A stretch of 64,000 nucleotides of DNA, taken from Cycas panzhihuaensis. Lineage: Eukaryota; Plantae; Cycadophyta. The position numbers were made by a program, and so were the translations under genes. Below the pieces are notes generated by a model, which was given only the letters and a program-made list of their open reading frames with translations, had not been told where the DNA came from and did not search any database. This document shows positions 1-13,489 of this stretch, in pieces. Position 1 is the stretch's first letter. The number at the start of each line of letters is the position of its first letter. The stretch is taken from NCBI GenBank assembly GCA_023213395.1, contig CM041465.1:214279741-214343740 (forward strand), read 5' to 3'.

Positions 1-1391
1 TGTAAGAGTTGAATGCCACAAAAATAAAGAGAGGTTACTATCATGAGATTAACCTAGTATATATATGAAATAAATTATTCTTATACACATAAGTAACTAC
101 TTACCATCACTACCTATGGTGATCCTCACCATTAGAGATTCGGTTAGAATAATGTCATTAGAGTTATGCCAATTAAATAATAGAGGAAATAAGAGATAGG
201 TTAAATTATAGGTATATTAATAAAATAATAGGAGGAGTTACTGTTAATAGTTAATTAGTGGTAGGTTTAAGGCTGAGTTTTTATTATAAATATTCCACCT
301 TACGCATTGTAAAGAAATCTTTGATTAATAAAATATTGGTTTCTATTTAAGCTAACTATACTATATCATTTTGGTGCTCTGCACCTTTATTTCTATTTTA
401 ATTTCCATCTATATTTTCTTTCCTTATCACTCTTATTTATAAGTTTAACATTATAGTGGAGGCAACTCCACTATAAGTGGTATCGCAACTAAGGGTTTAA
501 CTTATCAAGGAACTACATTTTTAGGAGTGTAAATAAATAAATTTTAAAAAAGTAACTTTAAATTTAAGATAGATAAGCATAGCCTATACATTTTGAGTGG
601 TTATAATGTAGGTTTTGGAGTGAAATTATGAAAATTATAAGCCAACCATTGATCACTATCTTAGGAGATTTAAATCTACTACTTTGACTTCAAACGAACA
701 TAACTTTAGCTATAAGTATCCAATTGACCTCAAATTACTTTTTGAATCTATGTGTATCAAAATCTACTTTATATTAGAAGTGGTTTCATATCCATTAGAT
801 ATCAGAGAAAAATAGTATTACCATTTTAATAATATACACTATTATAGTCCTTGAAAACCATAATTATGACTAACCTTAAAAGGAATAGAATTTTTGATAA
901 AGGCATCATAATTTAATTCTATCTAAATTATTGAAATTTTGGTTTAAGATTTATAATTTTGAGTTATATTTTATGTATTTTAGAGATATTTTATAATACA
1001 TATTAATGTTTGAAGTTGGGGTTTAGATTATACTTTGTTACATTATTTTAAGGCCATTCAATTTTTTAGTTAAAAATCCATTACTTTTGAGGGCATAGAG
1101 GTTTTTTTCTTGTTAAAGTATCCTAAAAGAAATAATATCTTACTATAATTATTCTCAACTCTTACACTTTGAGAGAAAGGGCCTTGGTGATTGGTTTTCC
1201 ATATTTAAACAAGTCTTTAAATAATATTACTTTAAGAATGAATATAAAAGAATTATATTTACTTTGTTATACTTGGAGGAAGATCTTCTAAGAAATATTT
1301 AAAAATAATGGGACTTGTAACCAAAACCTAATTAAGCATCTTTCAAGATGGAGCTTTAAAAGGATCTGGGAGTATAAGAAGAAGAAGTTTG

Positions 1392-3193
1392 TATTGGAAA
1401 AATAATGCATGGAGAACAGGGTAGAACATATACAAAAATCACATAGATCAATATTGCATCATAGCATCATAGCTTCAACATAAATGTACTTTATATTCAA
1501 TCCATATTGTAGTGAAGAGAGTTACAAATTTCCTAATAAAGGCAGTGTCTAAAGACACAAGGGTTGCACACCCCTCAATATTTATAATTTTGGGGGAGGA
1601 GGGAAACTCCTCAACCCCTGAAATTTAAATTAACAATAAAATAATGCTAACTTAACTCAAATAAAACTAACTCAAATTAACTTAAATCAAATCAAATCTT
1701 ATCTTAACTTACTTATACATGTTGAGAATCAACATGTGTAAAATGAAGTTGATGAGGTATACAATCCTAGTTAAAAGGTAGGAGTGGAGTGATGATGATT
1801 AACTCTAACATTCTTCCCCTTAATGGTCATCACGAACACTTGTATCTTCTCCTTGAACTTATGGAACTTGTATTTGAAAAAAAATTTAAAATTTAGATCT
1901 TTAACTTGACATTTATCAACTTTTCTCATCCTTATAGCCATATATGTCTCTTTACCATGGAATGATGTAAAAAAACTATAAGTAAATGATGCTTGATTTG
2001 TACAAAAAAGAATAGCCACAACTTTGAATTTAACTTTGACTGGCATATCATTAGGTCTCTTTTCTGTCATATCATAAGATTCATTTCCATCATGGCATAA
2101 GATTAATTCTCCATCATGTCATAAGATTCATTCTCCCCCTCAAATGGAGGATTAGGTACTTGTGTAGCAAGTTGGTCCTGTATTTGATCTGAATCTTCAT
2201 GGGTGTTGTCATTATGATTCACCTGTTCTATCACCTGTCTTACATGCTCATCAAAAATATCATGAAATACATGGAGGGTATCTACCCCATAAGTGGAAAT
2301 CAGTACATCCCAAATAGATTTAGAAGTAGTTAATTCATAAACCTTTGAAAAGATATCATCACTCATAGTGCAAAATAATAATCCTAAAACTTCATTATCC
2401 TTTCTAAAATTTTCTTTAATACTGAAATCACAATCATATTACAAATATTTCAGAAGATCATGTTCAATAAAATAGTCTTACAGAGTCTTGTGCTATAGTG
2501 AAAACTTTTTCCCAACGAATATAGTAAATTGTACCATTTTATCAAAGAAACTTTAGTGCATATAAGGTATGATTTTATCAAATCAAAAGATACTCAATAA
2601 ATGAATAATGTCTTATATGATATCAAATATCCTCTTTAAAAGAGATATAATACCCTTTAAAAATGAAAAAATACATTGGAAAGTGAATGCAAATAAGGAA
2701 ATGACCTTTTAAATAAGGATGAAAATACCAAATGATGGAAATAATATGTAGTCCCAAGTAGCTCTGATACCAAATGTTGAAAAAGTAATGCATGGAGAAT
2801 ACTGCAAAACATATACAAAAATCACATAGATTAATATTGCATCATAGCATTATAGCTTCAACATGAATGTAATTTATATTCAATCCATATTATAGTGAAG
2901 AGAGTTATAAATTTCCCAATAAGAGCTGTGTCTAAAGACACCAGGGTTGCACATTTCTTAATATTTATAATTTTGGGGGAAGAGGGAAACTCCTCAACCC
3001 CTGAAATTTAAATTAACAATAAAATAATGCTAACTTAACTCAAATGAAACTAACTCAAATTAACTTAAATCAAATCAAATCTTACCTTAACTTACCTATA
3101 CATGTTGAGCACCCACATGTGTAAAATGAGGTTGATGAGGTATAAAATCTTAGTTGGAAGGTGGGAGTAGAGTAATGATGATTAACTCCAACA
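1392..3193 (-). mobile_element. TR-GAG-like non-autonomous copia derivative #1 (1.8 kb)
   Basis: 419-bp LTRs at 1392-1810 and 2775-3193. Perfect TSD GTTTG (1387-1391 / 3194-3198). PBS gctctgatacca at 2761-2772 (rc tggtatcagagc, tRNA-iMet). PPT at ~1811-1820. Inside are a gag N-terminus and an RNase H-like tail only. Confidence 0.92.
1811..2540 (-). pseudogene. Truncated copia gag (Retrotran_gag_2/UBN2-like) followed by a remnant of the RNase H C-terminus
   Basis: ORF 2103-2366 'MSDDIFSKVYELTTSKSIWDVLISTY' matches the copia gag motif. ORF 1771-2070 ends 'KFHKFKEKIQVFVMTIKG', resembling the pol end 'KFEKFRDDLGV..IGEN' at 13413-13601. Confidence 0.8.
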
Positions 3194-4513
3194 GTTTGAA
3201 AAATAATAATTGAGGAAAATTTTTCAATAATATTAAATAAATATGATAAAGTCTCTTTACTTATATTTTCACCCAATGATAGTGTGATTGACCTAGAGTC
3301 CATCACCTTAGAAGAAGATGATGCGCTACTTGTTAAATAAGATAAAATTTTAGAAAATTCTTTTCATCTTTATGGTGGTAATTTAGTTCTTTCTCCTCTA
3401 ATAGGCATAATCTTGGTATGATTGAGGAAGAATCATTATTCTACACTTTGTAGGTGTATTTAGTTCCTTACTTTTATAGATCTATAATTTATTATACCAC
3501 TAACCCTTATTTCTTTCATGATGATGGCCAACATAAAGGGCTACATTTCTTTAATATATATTTCCATTTAGTAGGTGTATACATGAAGTGTCATTCCCTT
3601 AAACAACAAGTGTGACCATAATATCCACACTTTGGAATAATGATTATGCACCTACCTTAGATATTTTGGTAGGCGAAGATGATGGTGATTAGATATATTT
3701 ATATATTTAGATGCTTTGAGTGCAAAACATCTAAGGGAAGAGGGCATGTAGTGATCCTCATCACTAGAGATTATGTTAGAATAATGAGATTAGAGCTATG
3801 CCAAATAAATAATAAAGGAAATAGAAGATAAGTTAGCTTAGTGATATGTCAATAAAATAATAGGAGGAGTTAATCTTAAGAGTTAATTAGTAGTAGGTTT
3901 AAAGGTGAGATTTTATTATAAATACACCACCCTATAGATTGTAAAGGAATCTTTAATTAATCAAATACTAGTTTCTATTTAAGCTCAGTACAATGTGTCC
4001 TTTTGGTGCTCTCTAACTTTATTTCCATTGAATTTCTATCTCTATTTTCTTACTTTATTATTCTTATTTATAGGTTTGATGGTGTAGTAGAGGCAAGTCT
4101 ATTATATTACCTATACATAGAAGATATTTACCCTCAAATAGAGATGTTGTTATGTAGAAGATGGAAGTTTGACACCCACACTATATAAAAAAGTAAAAGG
4201 ACTTAACATAAGAGATGCCTATATGAATACATAATGAGGTACCCATGGAATCACCATGTATCCATTGTAATATATAGGAATAAGTAGAAACTTATAACTA
4301 TAGATATTTAGATCACCCATGAACTTACCTGATGATAAATTTATATTGATGGTCTTTCATAGAGATTAAATCACCCAATGTATAGACAAACTTAATCAAA
4401 TAATAAAACCCTAAATGATGGCCATGGAAAATTTTTAATAATAATATTTATTTTTCTGAAGTTTATTTTAAATTTCAATTAAATTAAAATTATATTTTAT
4501 ATCTATTCTATCC

Positions 4514-7500
4514 TGAAGAACATATGAGAATAGAGTAGAGCAAGTACAATAGTATTTCAATCCATATTTAAGTCATATTTGATCAAAGTTAACATAATTT
4601 TCATTTATAGGTGGTGTTGATGAGCACTGGGGGTATTAACCTTAAAGATTATATTTTAGAAGACAGATGAGAGCCCGCTTCAACCTCAAATTTAAAATAT
4701 AATAAAATATTAATATAATAAATAATAAAATATACTTAACATTACACTTTCCATTATCATTATCAGCTCGCATAATCTCAATGCACAATAGTTAGGTAAT
4801 GAACATTAAATCCTAACATTCTCCCTTATAATGTTCATTACATACAAATTTAAACTTTTCTTTGAATTTATGGAACTTGTACTTCAGAAAGACTTTAAGA
4901 AATAGATTGATTGCTTAGTCTTTTTCTTTGTTACCATTCTATATTGATGTCTTTACAATATAGTCCTCTTCAACCATGTGTGGTTCATGTGATTTCCAAG
5001 CTTGTCTTAGTAGGATGAAATTGACTTGATTCAAATGAGTAAGTGTGGCTACATTAAGATCTTTGTTTTCTTCATCTTTTATCTTAGAGTGATCATCCAT
5101 TTTGTTGGAGTAATCAATGGTACATACAAGATTAGCTAATACATTATTGTTAACCTACTCTAACATCTATCCCACATGTAAAACATCATCAACATAATTA
5201 GTTTCTTCTAGTTTGGTAGTGGCTCCCCCATAAAACAATTATAAAGTATCATATGTATTTTTAGATGTGGTTATCTCACTTATGCTGGAGAATGTATGAT
5301 CATTTAATACACAAAATATTAAACCTAAAGCCTCATTATCTCTCTTCATATTTTCTTTAAATGTTTGTTATTCCTCTAATTGACGCTTAAATCATAATAA
5401 TTATCATTCACATAATTCTAATGATTTTTAGTGATAAAGAGTGATCTCATTAAATTTCTCTAAAGTGAAAAATTAGTGCCATCAAATATAGGAATTATCA
5501 TGTCATCAAGATAAATTGCCATTATAGATACTTTAATACATAATCCAAAAAATATATATGGTCTTATTAATCACATAAGATTCTTTTTAATATCTAATGA
5601 GAAAATAACTTGAGATTGATATGTAATAAAACCACTTTTCAAATGGAATGTCAAAAGATACTAACAAGATTTCTTCTTAATAAATAAGGAGGGTAACTTG
5701 ACATTGAGATGAAAAGTATATCTCTTTTAAATAAAACAATGTAAAATAAATGTTCTCCTTTTAGAATGAAACAAATATACAACTAATAATCTTTTCAAAA
5801 TGATATCAGTAGACCTTAAAATAATATGAAATGAAAGGAAAATTAAGGCCTTTGAATGGTATTTATTTGAGCTTTTAAGTGCAATAAAGATGGCCTTAAA
5901 TCAACTTTAAAAATGCTTACTAATGAACCAAAAGTAACTCTTAAATGAGAAAAATATACACTTTTAGATATGAGCCCCTTTCAAGTTATAAAAGGATGTA
6001 AAATATGCTTTAAATCTAATCTTTAAATATGCACTTTTATCTTAGCCTTGAATGCACTTGAAATATGATTTTAAAAGAAGCAAGTTGACCTTTAAATAAT
6101 AAAAAATAAGCATTATATAAGCTCTAAAGTAAAGTATATAAGATAAGAAATAAAGTATCAGCTTTAAAATAAAATATTAAAATAAAATATTAAGGGTTTA
6201 GACAATACTTGTTTGTGAGAATGGCATCCAAGGTGTCCTTCTCTTTTAGGAGGCTGAATTTGATTAAAACTATAGATGTGAGCCTCTAAAATTAAATAAA
6301 ATTAGTCAATAATGGATTAGTAGCTTAATAACATTTAAGTATGCTAAGATAAAATCGAAAAAGAGTTCAAATTAGTTGAAAAAATGTCAAACTAGAGTTA
6401 ACTAGAAGGGATAAACTTACCAGCCTTAAAACCCTATAAAATAACTTCAAATATTAGTAAAAGTAGCTTTAGTACATAGATAATTAAAATATCTTTCCAA
6501 TGGATCCAACTGTTTAAAAAATGAACTCTTGGATCAAAAGTTATAGCCAAAATAGTAACAAGACCTCTTTAAGGTAAAAAAATAAATTAGAGGGGGTTAA
6601 GCCCCTTTGAACTGTGGCCCTTGGTTACCTAAAGGGCTAATAGTACCACCTAAAGGGGGCTATAAACTTGAAAAATTATAAAAGTTATAAAATTTTAAAA
6701 TTATAAAATTTGGCTAAATGGGTTTTTAAATCCACCTCCTAATTTGAAAACTGAGGTCATATGGGACCTCAATGGGACCATTGACTAGGGTTAAAGAGGG
6801 GTTATGGATTTGAAAAAATATCAAATAAAATTAAACATTTTAAAATCTAAAATTATTAAAAAGAGAGAATAATATTTTATGTCAACCCCTTTTATAAACA
6901 AAGTAAAGTCGCATGGTCTAAGCATATGATCACGAGCCAAAAGTAAAACTCGCTAGCAAATGGATGGATTTCAAAAAAAAATTAATTTAATTTAATTTCT
7001 TCTAAACTTTGTAATTAAAAAAGAAAAAAATCAATGGAAGATATTTGAGTTTTAATTGGCAATAACCATATGGGAAAAAATAAGTAAATGTGATAAAAAA
7101 TTAATCAATATCATGCACAAAATGGGTACATGAATTAAATGAATGAATATATATTAAAAAAGATAAAAAGAAAAAAGAAAAAAGTAGAATATTACCCTAT
7201 TAAACTCATGTTTATGTAGAAGAACTAGTTAACCATACATATCTGCTTAAATACATAGAAAGCAGGCGATGCTGTTGTTAATCTATTATTTGAATAAATG
7301 CTTCTCCAATCTCACATACTCAGGGATATGCTATGGAAGAGCCACATATCTCTAATCCAAATAGAACTCATGCTCAATGGACCGTGATAGGCTTTAGAAC
7401 AAAACTCCTCAATTGATGGTGATTGCTTAAAGATTTTGACCTTAGCCTTAGAGAATTCACCCTTGCTCTCAGTGTAAGGGTAAGATGAGTGTCGAATTAT

Positions 7501-8811
7501 TTATCTTCTCAAATCAGGGGCTAAGAAGAGTAAATACGTGGTTGCTATTATTTTGCAGGTGGACACACGTACCAAAGAACAAATTTAAAGGTCAAACCAC
7601 TAGAATCCTACTTGAGAAAAGGAAATTTATTCCCAAAAGATACTGAAAATATGATTGCCTTCAAAGTAAAGCTGCGTAAATGAAAAAAGGATGACATTAA
7701 TGTAAAATATAAAATATAAAAATAATTACTATAATTACAAATAAAGACACAATGAATGTATAGCCATGGAATAGTTGTATTAACAAATAATTTGAAATAT
7801 ATTAAATATAAAGTGCATCATTTTAAATATTATAGTTGCTAGTCAATTAGACACACAAAAAAAGAAGACACCAATCATAAATAGTTAAAAAAAAAATGGG
7901 GCATTTTGTTGTAGGCCACCAAATATCAAATAGAGAGATGCAAGTGCATAGAGAGTGGGCACACAATGGTTGAGAGTTTTATCTACTTCAAATAGATGTT
8001 TGAACTATAAAGCAACTATAAAAACGAATGGGGCATAACTAGTATGTATGCAGTCGTAACAACATACGACAAGCAAGGATGTAAGTAGCAATAAGAGTGA
8101 AGATTTATGAGGCACAATTAAAGATAGTGAGAAGAGGGTAGTGCAAATATCAAAATGATCTATATTGAGGCCGTATGAATATGTTATAAAGTTTGTAGGT
8201 ACATGTGCAACATAAGCAATCTTTAAGATGCTACTACAAAATGTAATAAGTGATTAACAAAGTGAGACAAGAGACAAGGTAACTACTTCTCCAAATAGGG
8301 TAAGACCAAACAAGAAGAAATGTTTTTAGGAGAAAGGTTATAGTTTGAATGCAAGATTAGCTATATGTTAGACTTTTATAAAGGTGGGATCACTTTAGTT
8401 GGCATTTGCATGGATCACACTTCCTCTATTCGTTTGTGCATCCCTCCATTCATAGATAGATCAAACATGACCTAGATATGATAGTGAGTGAGAAGTTAAA
8501 CACTGCTTTGATACCAAATGAAGAATTTATGAAGATAGAGTGGAGTAGGTACAATGGTATTTCAATCCATATTCGAGCCATATTTAATCAAAGTTAACAT
8601 AATTTTCATTGATAAGTGGTGTTGATAAATACAGGGGGTATTAGCCCTAAAGATCATATTTTGGGAGGTGGATGGGAGCCCACCTCAACCTCAATTTTGT
8701 AATATAATAAACTATTAATAGAACAAATAATAAAATATACTTACCATTACCATTGACAACTCTCATGGTCCTAATTCACCATAGCTAGGTAATGAACATT
8801 AAATCCTAACA
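4514..8811 (-). mobile_element. TR-GAG-like non-autonomous copia derivative #2 with ~3-kb 5' leader
   Basis: LTRs at 4514-4818 and 8519-8811 (tgaagaa...cctaaca). Near-TSD TATCC (4509-4513) / TACCC (8812-8816). PBS gctttgatacca at 8505-8516. PPT ttctccct directly after 4818. Confidence 0.88.
4820..5522 (-). pseudogene. Degenerate gag plus RNase H tail of TR-GAG-like element #2
   Basis: Minus-strand reading from the ATG at 5522 gives MAIYLDDMIIPIFDGTNFSL*..., homologous to gag ORFs 17466-17693 and 42988-43491. Multiple stops. Confidence 0.8.
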
Positions 8812-10350
8812 TACCCTCCTACACATTAGTGAATGGTCACATGGTGATATGACATGATAAAGTTTATTTAAAAAAGGTTTTAAAGCTAATTTTACTTGAT
8901 TTCATTTTTCCATAACATAATGTTACATTTCTTAGTATAACTTTCTTATATAAAGGTAAAATTTTAAACCCTTAATTGTGATGGAAGGAGGACTCATAGA
9001 TAGTTGAAATGAGTGGTCATAAGACATATTTTAGATCTTTCATGATAGAAATTTTAATCAGTAAAGTTTAACACGAGGTTTTTATCATGCTAAAAGTTTA
9101 ATTTTTTAAGTAGTTTAAGATGTAATTTGATATTTTTTAATGATTTTAAAGGCTCTTTAGCATATGATAATATGAATACTTGTATGATAATAAGTTTATA
9201 CATATTTTAAAGTGAAACTTGATAAAAATAGATATATTTAAGGCTTATTTTAAACATATAAAGTCTAAACATTTTAGATGTGAAGCACATGAAAACCAAT
9301 TTGATGATGGATAATGATACATGTACATGCTAGAATAATGAGTTAATTCCTCTAATAAATTAAACATATTTGATATAATAAACTAGCTAATACTAATTAA
9401 ATGAAAGGATGATAAAATTATATATTGTTTGATTAAATAGTACACCACCTAATGTTTGAGTGAGAGTTTGAGTTATTGTTGAGAGTTATTGAGTGTTGTT
9501 AGTTGAGTTTTAATTGGAGGATATTTGATTTTTCCACTTAATATGAAACATAGAGAGGTCTCATAAGATTGGTTATTTGAAATTGGTAATAATGTATGTC
9601 AATTATCCATAAAACCAATCTTAGTTATTAAGGAGTCTAACTAATATTTTTTTTTTATTAAAAATATGATAGCCATATATGACAAGAGGTATGGAATATA
9701 TTACACATGTTACCTTATTACAACAACTTAATAAGCTAGGTCCTATGCATTATTTTTAGAGTTTAGTTAGTTTAAGAATTAATTGAGAGATTGGTGGTAA
9801 AAAAAATTGCAAGGGTTACCTTGTGCAGAGATGGAGGTAACATATGAGTTTCCCATATATCATAAGATAAAAGGTGAAATAAGATTCATAAACTACTCTT
9901 GTTACAATAAAATTTTCTAACTACATTTTGTTATATTTATTTATGAAGCTAATTAACTATGTATAAGAAACACTTTCTAGATAACTAGCAATTATATGGT
10001 TACTTATCCATGCATTTTGATATATGGCTATTATTTTATATGGACATTAGTGATATGATCTATTGACGAGGTTGATACATTTATTTTATAGCTCATAAGT
10101 AGAAGATATGAAGTTATCACTAAGAAATTTAATATGATATGATAAGTTATGAGTTATGTATGATCAATAATTTATAAGTGGTACTATAACATGAGATAAT
10201 ATTTTCTTACAAGAGAATAATCAATAAAGATAGGTTTGATAATTAATTTTTATAGGTGATATAAATGATGCGAGGATGGAGATAAATAGGTGATCTAATA
10301 TAAAGATTTAACATAAATATGAATACATTTAATCCTAAAAATTAAACATT

Positions 10351-10900
10351 AAGGAGGAGTGCTAGAATATGAATTTTACATATATCAATATAATGTTTAA
10401 TTAATGGTTGAGTAGTTATTGGTCAATGTAATAGGTTCTCACATATATATTCTAACTAGTTAAAAATATAATTAGATGATAATAATGTGATACAACTATA
10501 TAAGGATAATATATATTATAAGGAAAATTAAATTTCCTAGTCCTCTTTATAAGGCTAGGATAACTCACTATGAGGATTATTGATTATTCTTTCTTAATGT
10601 AAGATCTCAGTAAACACATAAATGATATCTAACCATTTCCCTCTAAAGGGATAAGTAATCATATGAAGACATCTAATGAGTGGGAGGATTATAACTGTAT
10701 TTACCCCAGTAGGTGTTACCCTAGGTTACATATCAACTAATCACCTAGGCCCTCCTAGAGGTATGATCTAACCTAGATCTCTACCTAATCATAAAGATAT
10801 AGACTACATTGTATTTTAGTTTACATAGTCCCTTTGAATATTGACTAGGTTTTAAGTCTTATATTATTACTATTGAGGTTTTATCAGATAATTACAATGA
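10351..10900 (+). mobile_element. Probable PPT plus LTR start of a very old LTR element (internal remnant ~8830-10350)
   Basis: aaggaggag followed by tgctag at 10351-10365 resembles a copia PPT/LTR junction. Partner LTR not identified. Confidence 0.35.
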
Positions 10901-11826
10901 TTTAGTATATTGATTGATATGATGATTAGGTGATTGCATGGTGCATTATAGTTGTGCTTATTTAAATTAATACCTATGATGTATAGATCTTAAAGTTCTT
11001 ACCTATTTAGCACTCTCAAACTCACTCTAAAGCTCAACTCTAGCTCTTTTGGAATTTTTTTATAATTTTTATAACTTGCTACTTATTGCTCAATTGCTTT
11101 CATTTTGCCTTGGTTTCATATTTTTGCTCTATTCATCCCCTTCTTGGTCTTGTTGTATAATGACGAAAAAGAGCCTATATTTTTTTCATGAATTTTCACT
11201 ATGTGATCAAGTTTTATTTTTTATAGTTTTTACTATTTGTCATAGTTTTAAAGCCACTGAAAATAATGTCCTTTTTAATAAACTATAATAAATTTTAAAA
11301 GTTGTAGTTATAGTTACTTTTCAAAAGTCATAGTTTTTATTATTTATTATAGTTTTTAATTTTTTTCACATTAAAAGAATAATAATGGTAGGCCATTTTT
11401 TCTTATTATATGAACATTATTTTTTATAAAACTTTGGCCTAGTTTTCCCACACCATTCACTCCTATTTCTCTTATAAATACCCATCATTATCTTAAGTAA
11501 AAGGAAACTATAATTTTGGGTAAAAAACTACTGTAAAAATTTTATCTTAACTTCTTACACACTTTTAACAATCTTGAAGTAAACTTGTGGAGTGAAGACC
11601 ATGCTTTTATAGGAGATTTTTAAGGCTTGGGACTATACATACCTAAGTTTGAGACTCTTTTTCTTCTATTAGCTCATATTCTTTCTTTCCTCTCTCACTC
11701 TTCGTTGCACAACTCCTTTTTATTTGTGTTATCTTTACCTTTGTAAGATCTTGGTTGGATTCTTCCAATTTTAGAGATTACTTTAGAGGGATTTAGAGTG
11801 ACCATAACATCAATCTAAGGCATCTC
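10900..11826. repeat. Inverted copy of the repeat at ~30900-31900 and ~47034-48000 (probable large-LTR fragment)
   Basis: 11791-11826 atttagagtgaccataacatcaatctaaggcatctc is a diverged reverse complement of 47034 gagatgccttagattagtgctatggtagctcc. The TATA-like cttataaataccc at ~11471 matches gggtatttatagg at ~47365 and ~31238. Confidence 0.7.
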
Positions 11827-13489
11827 ATATTATATGACTAATCCTTTAAGCATTTAAGATAAAGAAATATGAAGAGAAATGGATGAAATAAGATAAAGGA
11901 GAAGGTAAGGTTTCAAAGAACATTCATTAACATAATATCATATCATATCATGATATCTCTCTTTATAATATAGTGGGGTATATATAACACTCATTCCCAT
12001 ATTATTATATTCCTACCTTTATATGAACCAATCTATTTAATCTTCATATGATAAAGGGTCATAGCCCTCTCTAACATGTGGTGACTTAGAATATAGTTTT
12101 GTCAGATTTGTTAGATTTCTTATTTCAAGGGCTTCGATTTGGATTATTATATGATATCTTTTGGATATTTTTTATAGTATACATTAATATTTGAAGTCAA
12201 GTCTTATCGTTATATGATATTTTAAAATGTAAATATTTTAATTTTTGGCCATATGCAACTTTAAGACTAGGTTTTCACTCTTGAATGATTCTTTAAAGAT
12301 TATTCTATAGTTTACTACTTCAAGTAGGACTATGCCAAGATCATGTTTGCTATGATATTCTTGCAATGGGACCTTTATCAAACAACTTAGTAATGGTGTC
12401 TCTCACACCCAAATTCAAATTAGGCATCCTTAAAAATGGAACTTAAAATGGAAATAGGAGCTTACCTAATTATCAAAGCTTCCACAAAAGAAGATGTACA
12501 TGACCAAGATGATGTATTATAGGATAAAACAATTCTATAAGACTAGGATCATACAAATGACAAAGAAAGTATGATTGAGATACTTTATTTTAATCTTGAT
12601 AGTTTTATTATTTTTTATGATGGGCTTACATCCATACTTGCATACTTTGAAAAACTTGACTTGACAAAATATTACAAGCTTTGCTTGGGTATTCAACAAT
12701 TGGAAGATCCCCTTTAATTGTGGGCACAAGAGTGGTGCCAAAATACTTATGGGCCAAATTGGGACCTCAAAAGTCACTGCTATCTAGGATACCTAGCTAC
12801 CCCTGAAGTTTAGTAAGAAATAATGTCTCCTGTAGAGAGTTTGAATTACTTGTGCCTCCTCGCCCTCATTGTTCATCATTTTCTTAATGTTTCTTCATTA
12901 AAACAAAAAATATTCTATGTATTTTTCTCTGGATCAAGTCTGTATCACTTGGGTGCCCCCTACAAATCTATTTAAGTGGAGATCTATGCCTAATTTAAAT
13001 CCATTTATGAAGATTGATCCTCTTCAGTACGTCATTCCTCTATTTGACCTCAGATGGCTGCCTATTTTTGCCATCATTTGCTCTTAATCTGCATTTAGTT
13101 TTTAGCCCGATTAAAGTCTATCTCGTGTGCATTGTATGTACCCTCCTCTTTGATGGAGCTGGAGGAGTAGAGCGGGACATTAGAATGAGAGCATTTTGAG
13201 TACAACGACACTTTCCGATAAATGGCAGTGTTAATAAACACCTGAGAGGTATTCCCTTCCCTTAAGTAATGAATTTCAGGGAGGCGTTGAGCGCCATCAC
13301 CCTAGTTATATAACAATTAAGATAAATTCAAAATATATTAAAAAATAATAGTAATACGTACCTCAAGTAAGTGGTGGTTGGTTCGGACGGTTGTTGAGTG
13401 GATCAAGGTGCCCTAGGGGCCCTTAAAGGTGGCTTTGAGGGGCCCTAAGTGCTCAAGTACACTTCCTACATTAGGATTATTCCCAACAT

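Larger units (their letters stand above)
115..4106 (+). mobile_element. Non-autonomous Ty3/gypsy-type LTR element (degenerate, interrupted by a copia derivative)
   Basis: Diverged ~360-bp direct repeats at 115-475 (tatggtgatcctc...) and 3747-~4106 (tgtagtgatcctc...). Degenerate iMet PBS tggtatcgcaact at 478. PPT aagggaagagggca at 3733-3746. Near-TSD CTACC (110-114) / TTACC (4107-4111). Only faint gag-like remnants inside. Confidence 0.7.

Noticed and set aside
2761-2772. tRNA-Met gene
   Set aside because: Only the 12-nt primer-binding complement is present, with no cloverleaf.
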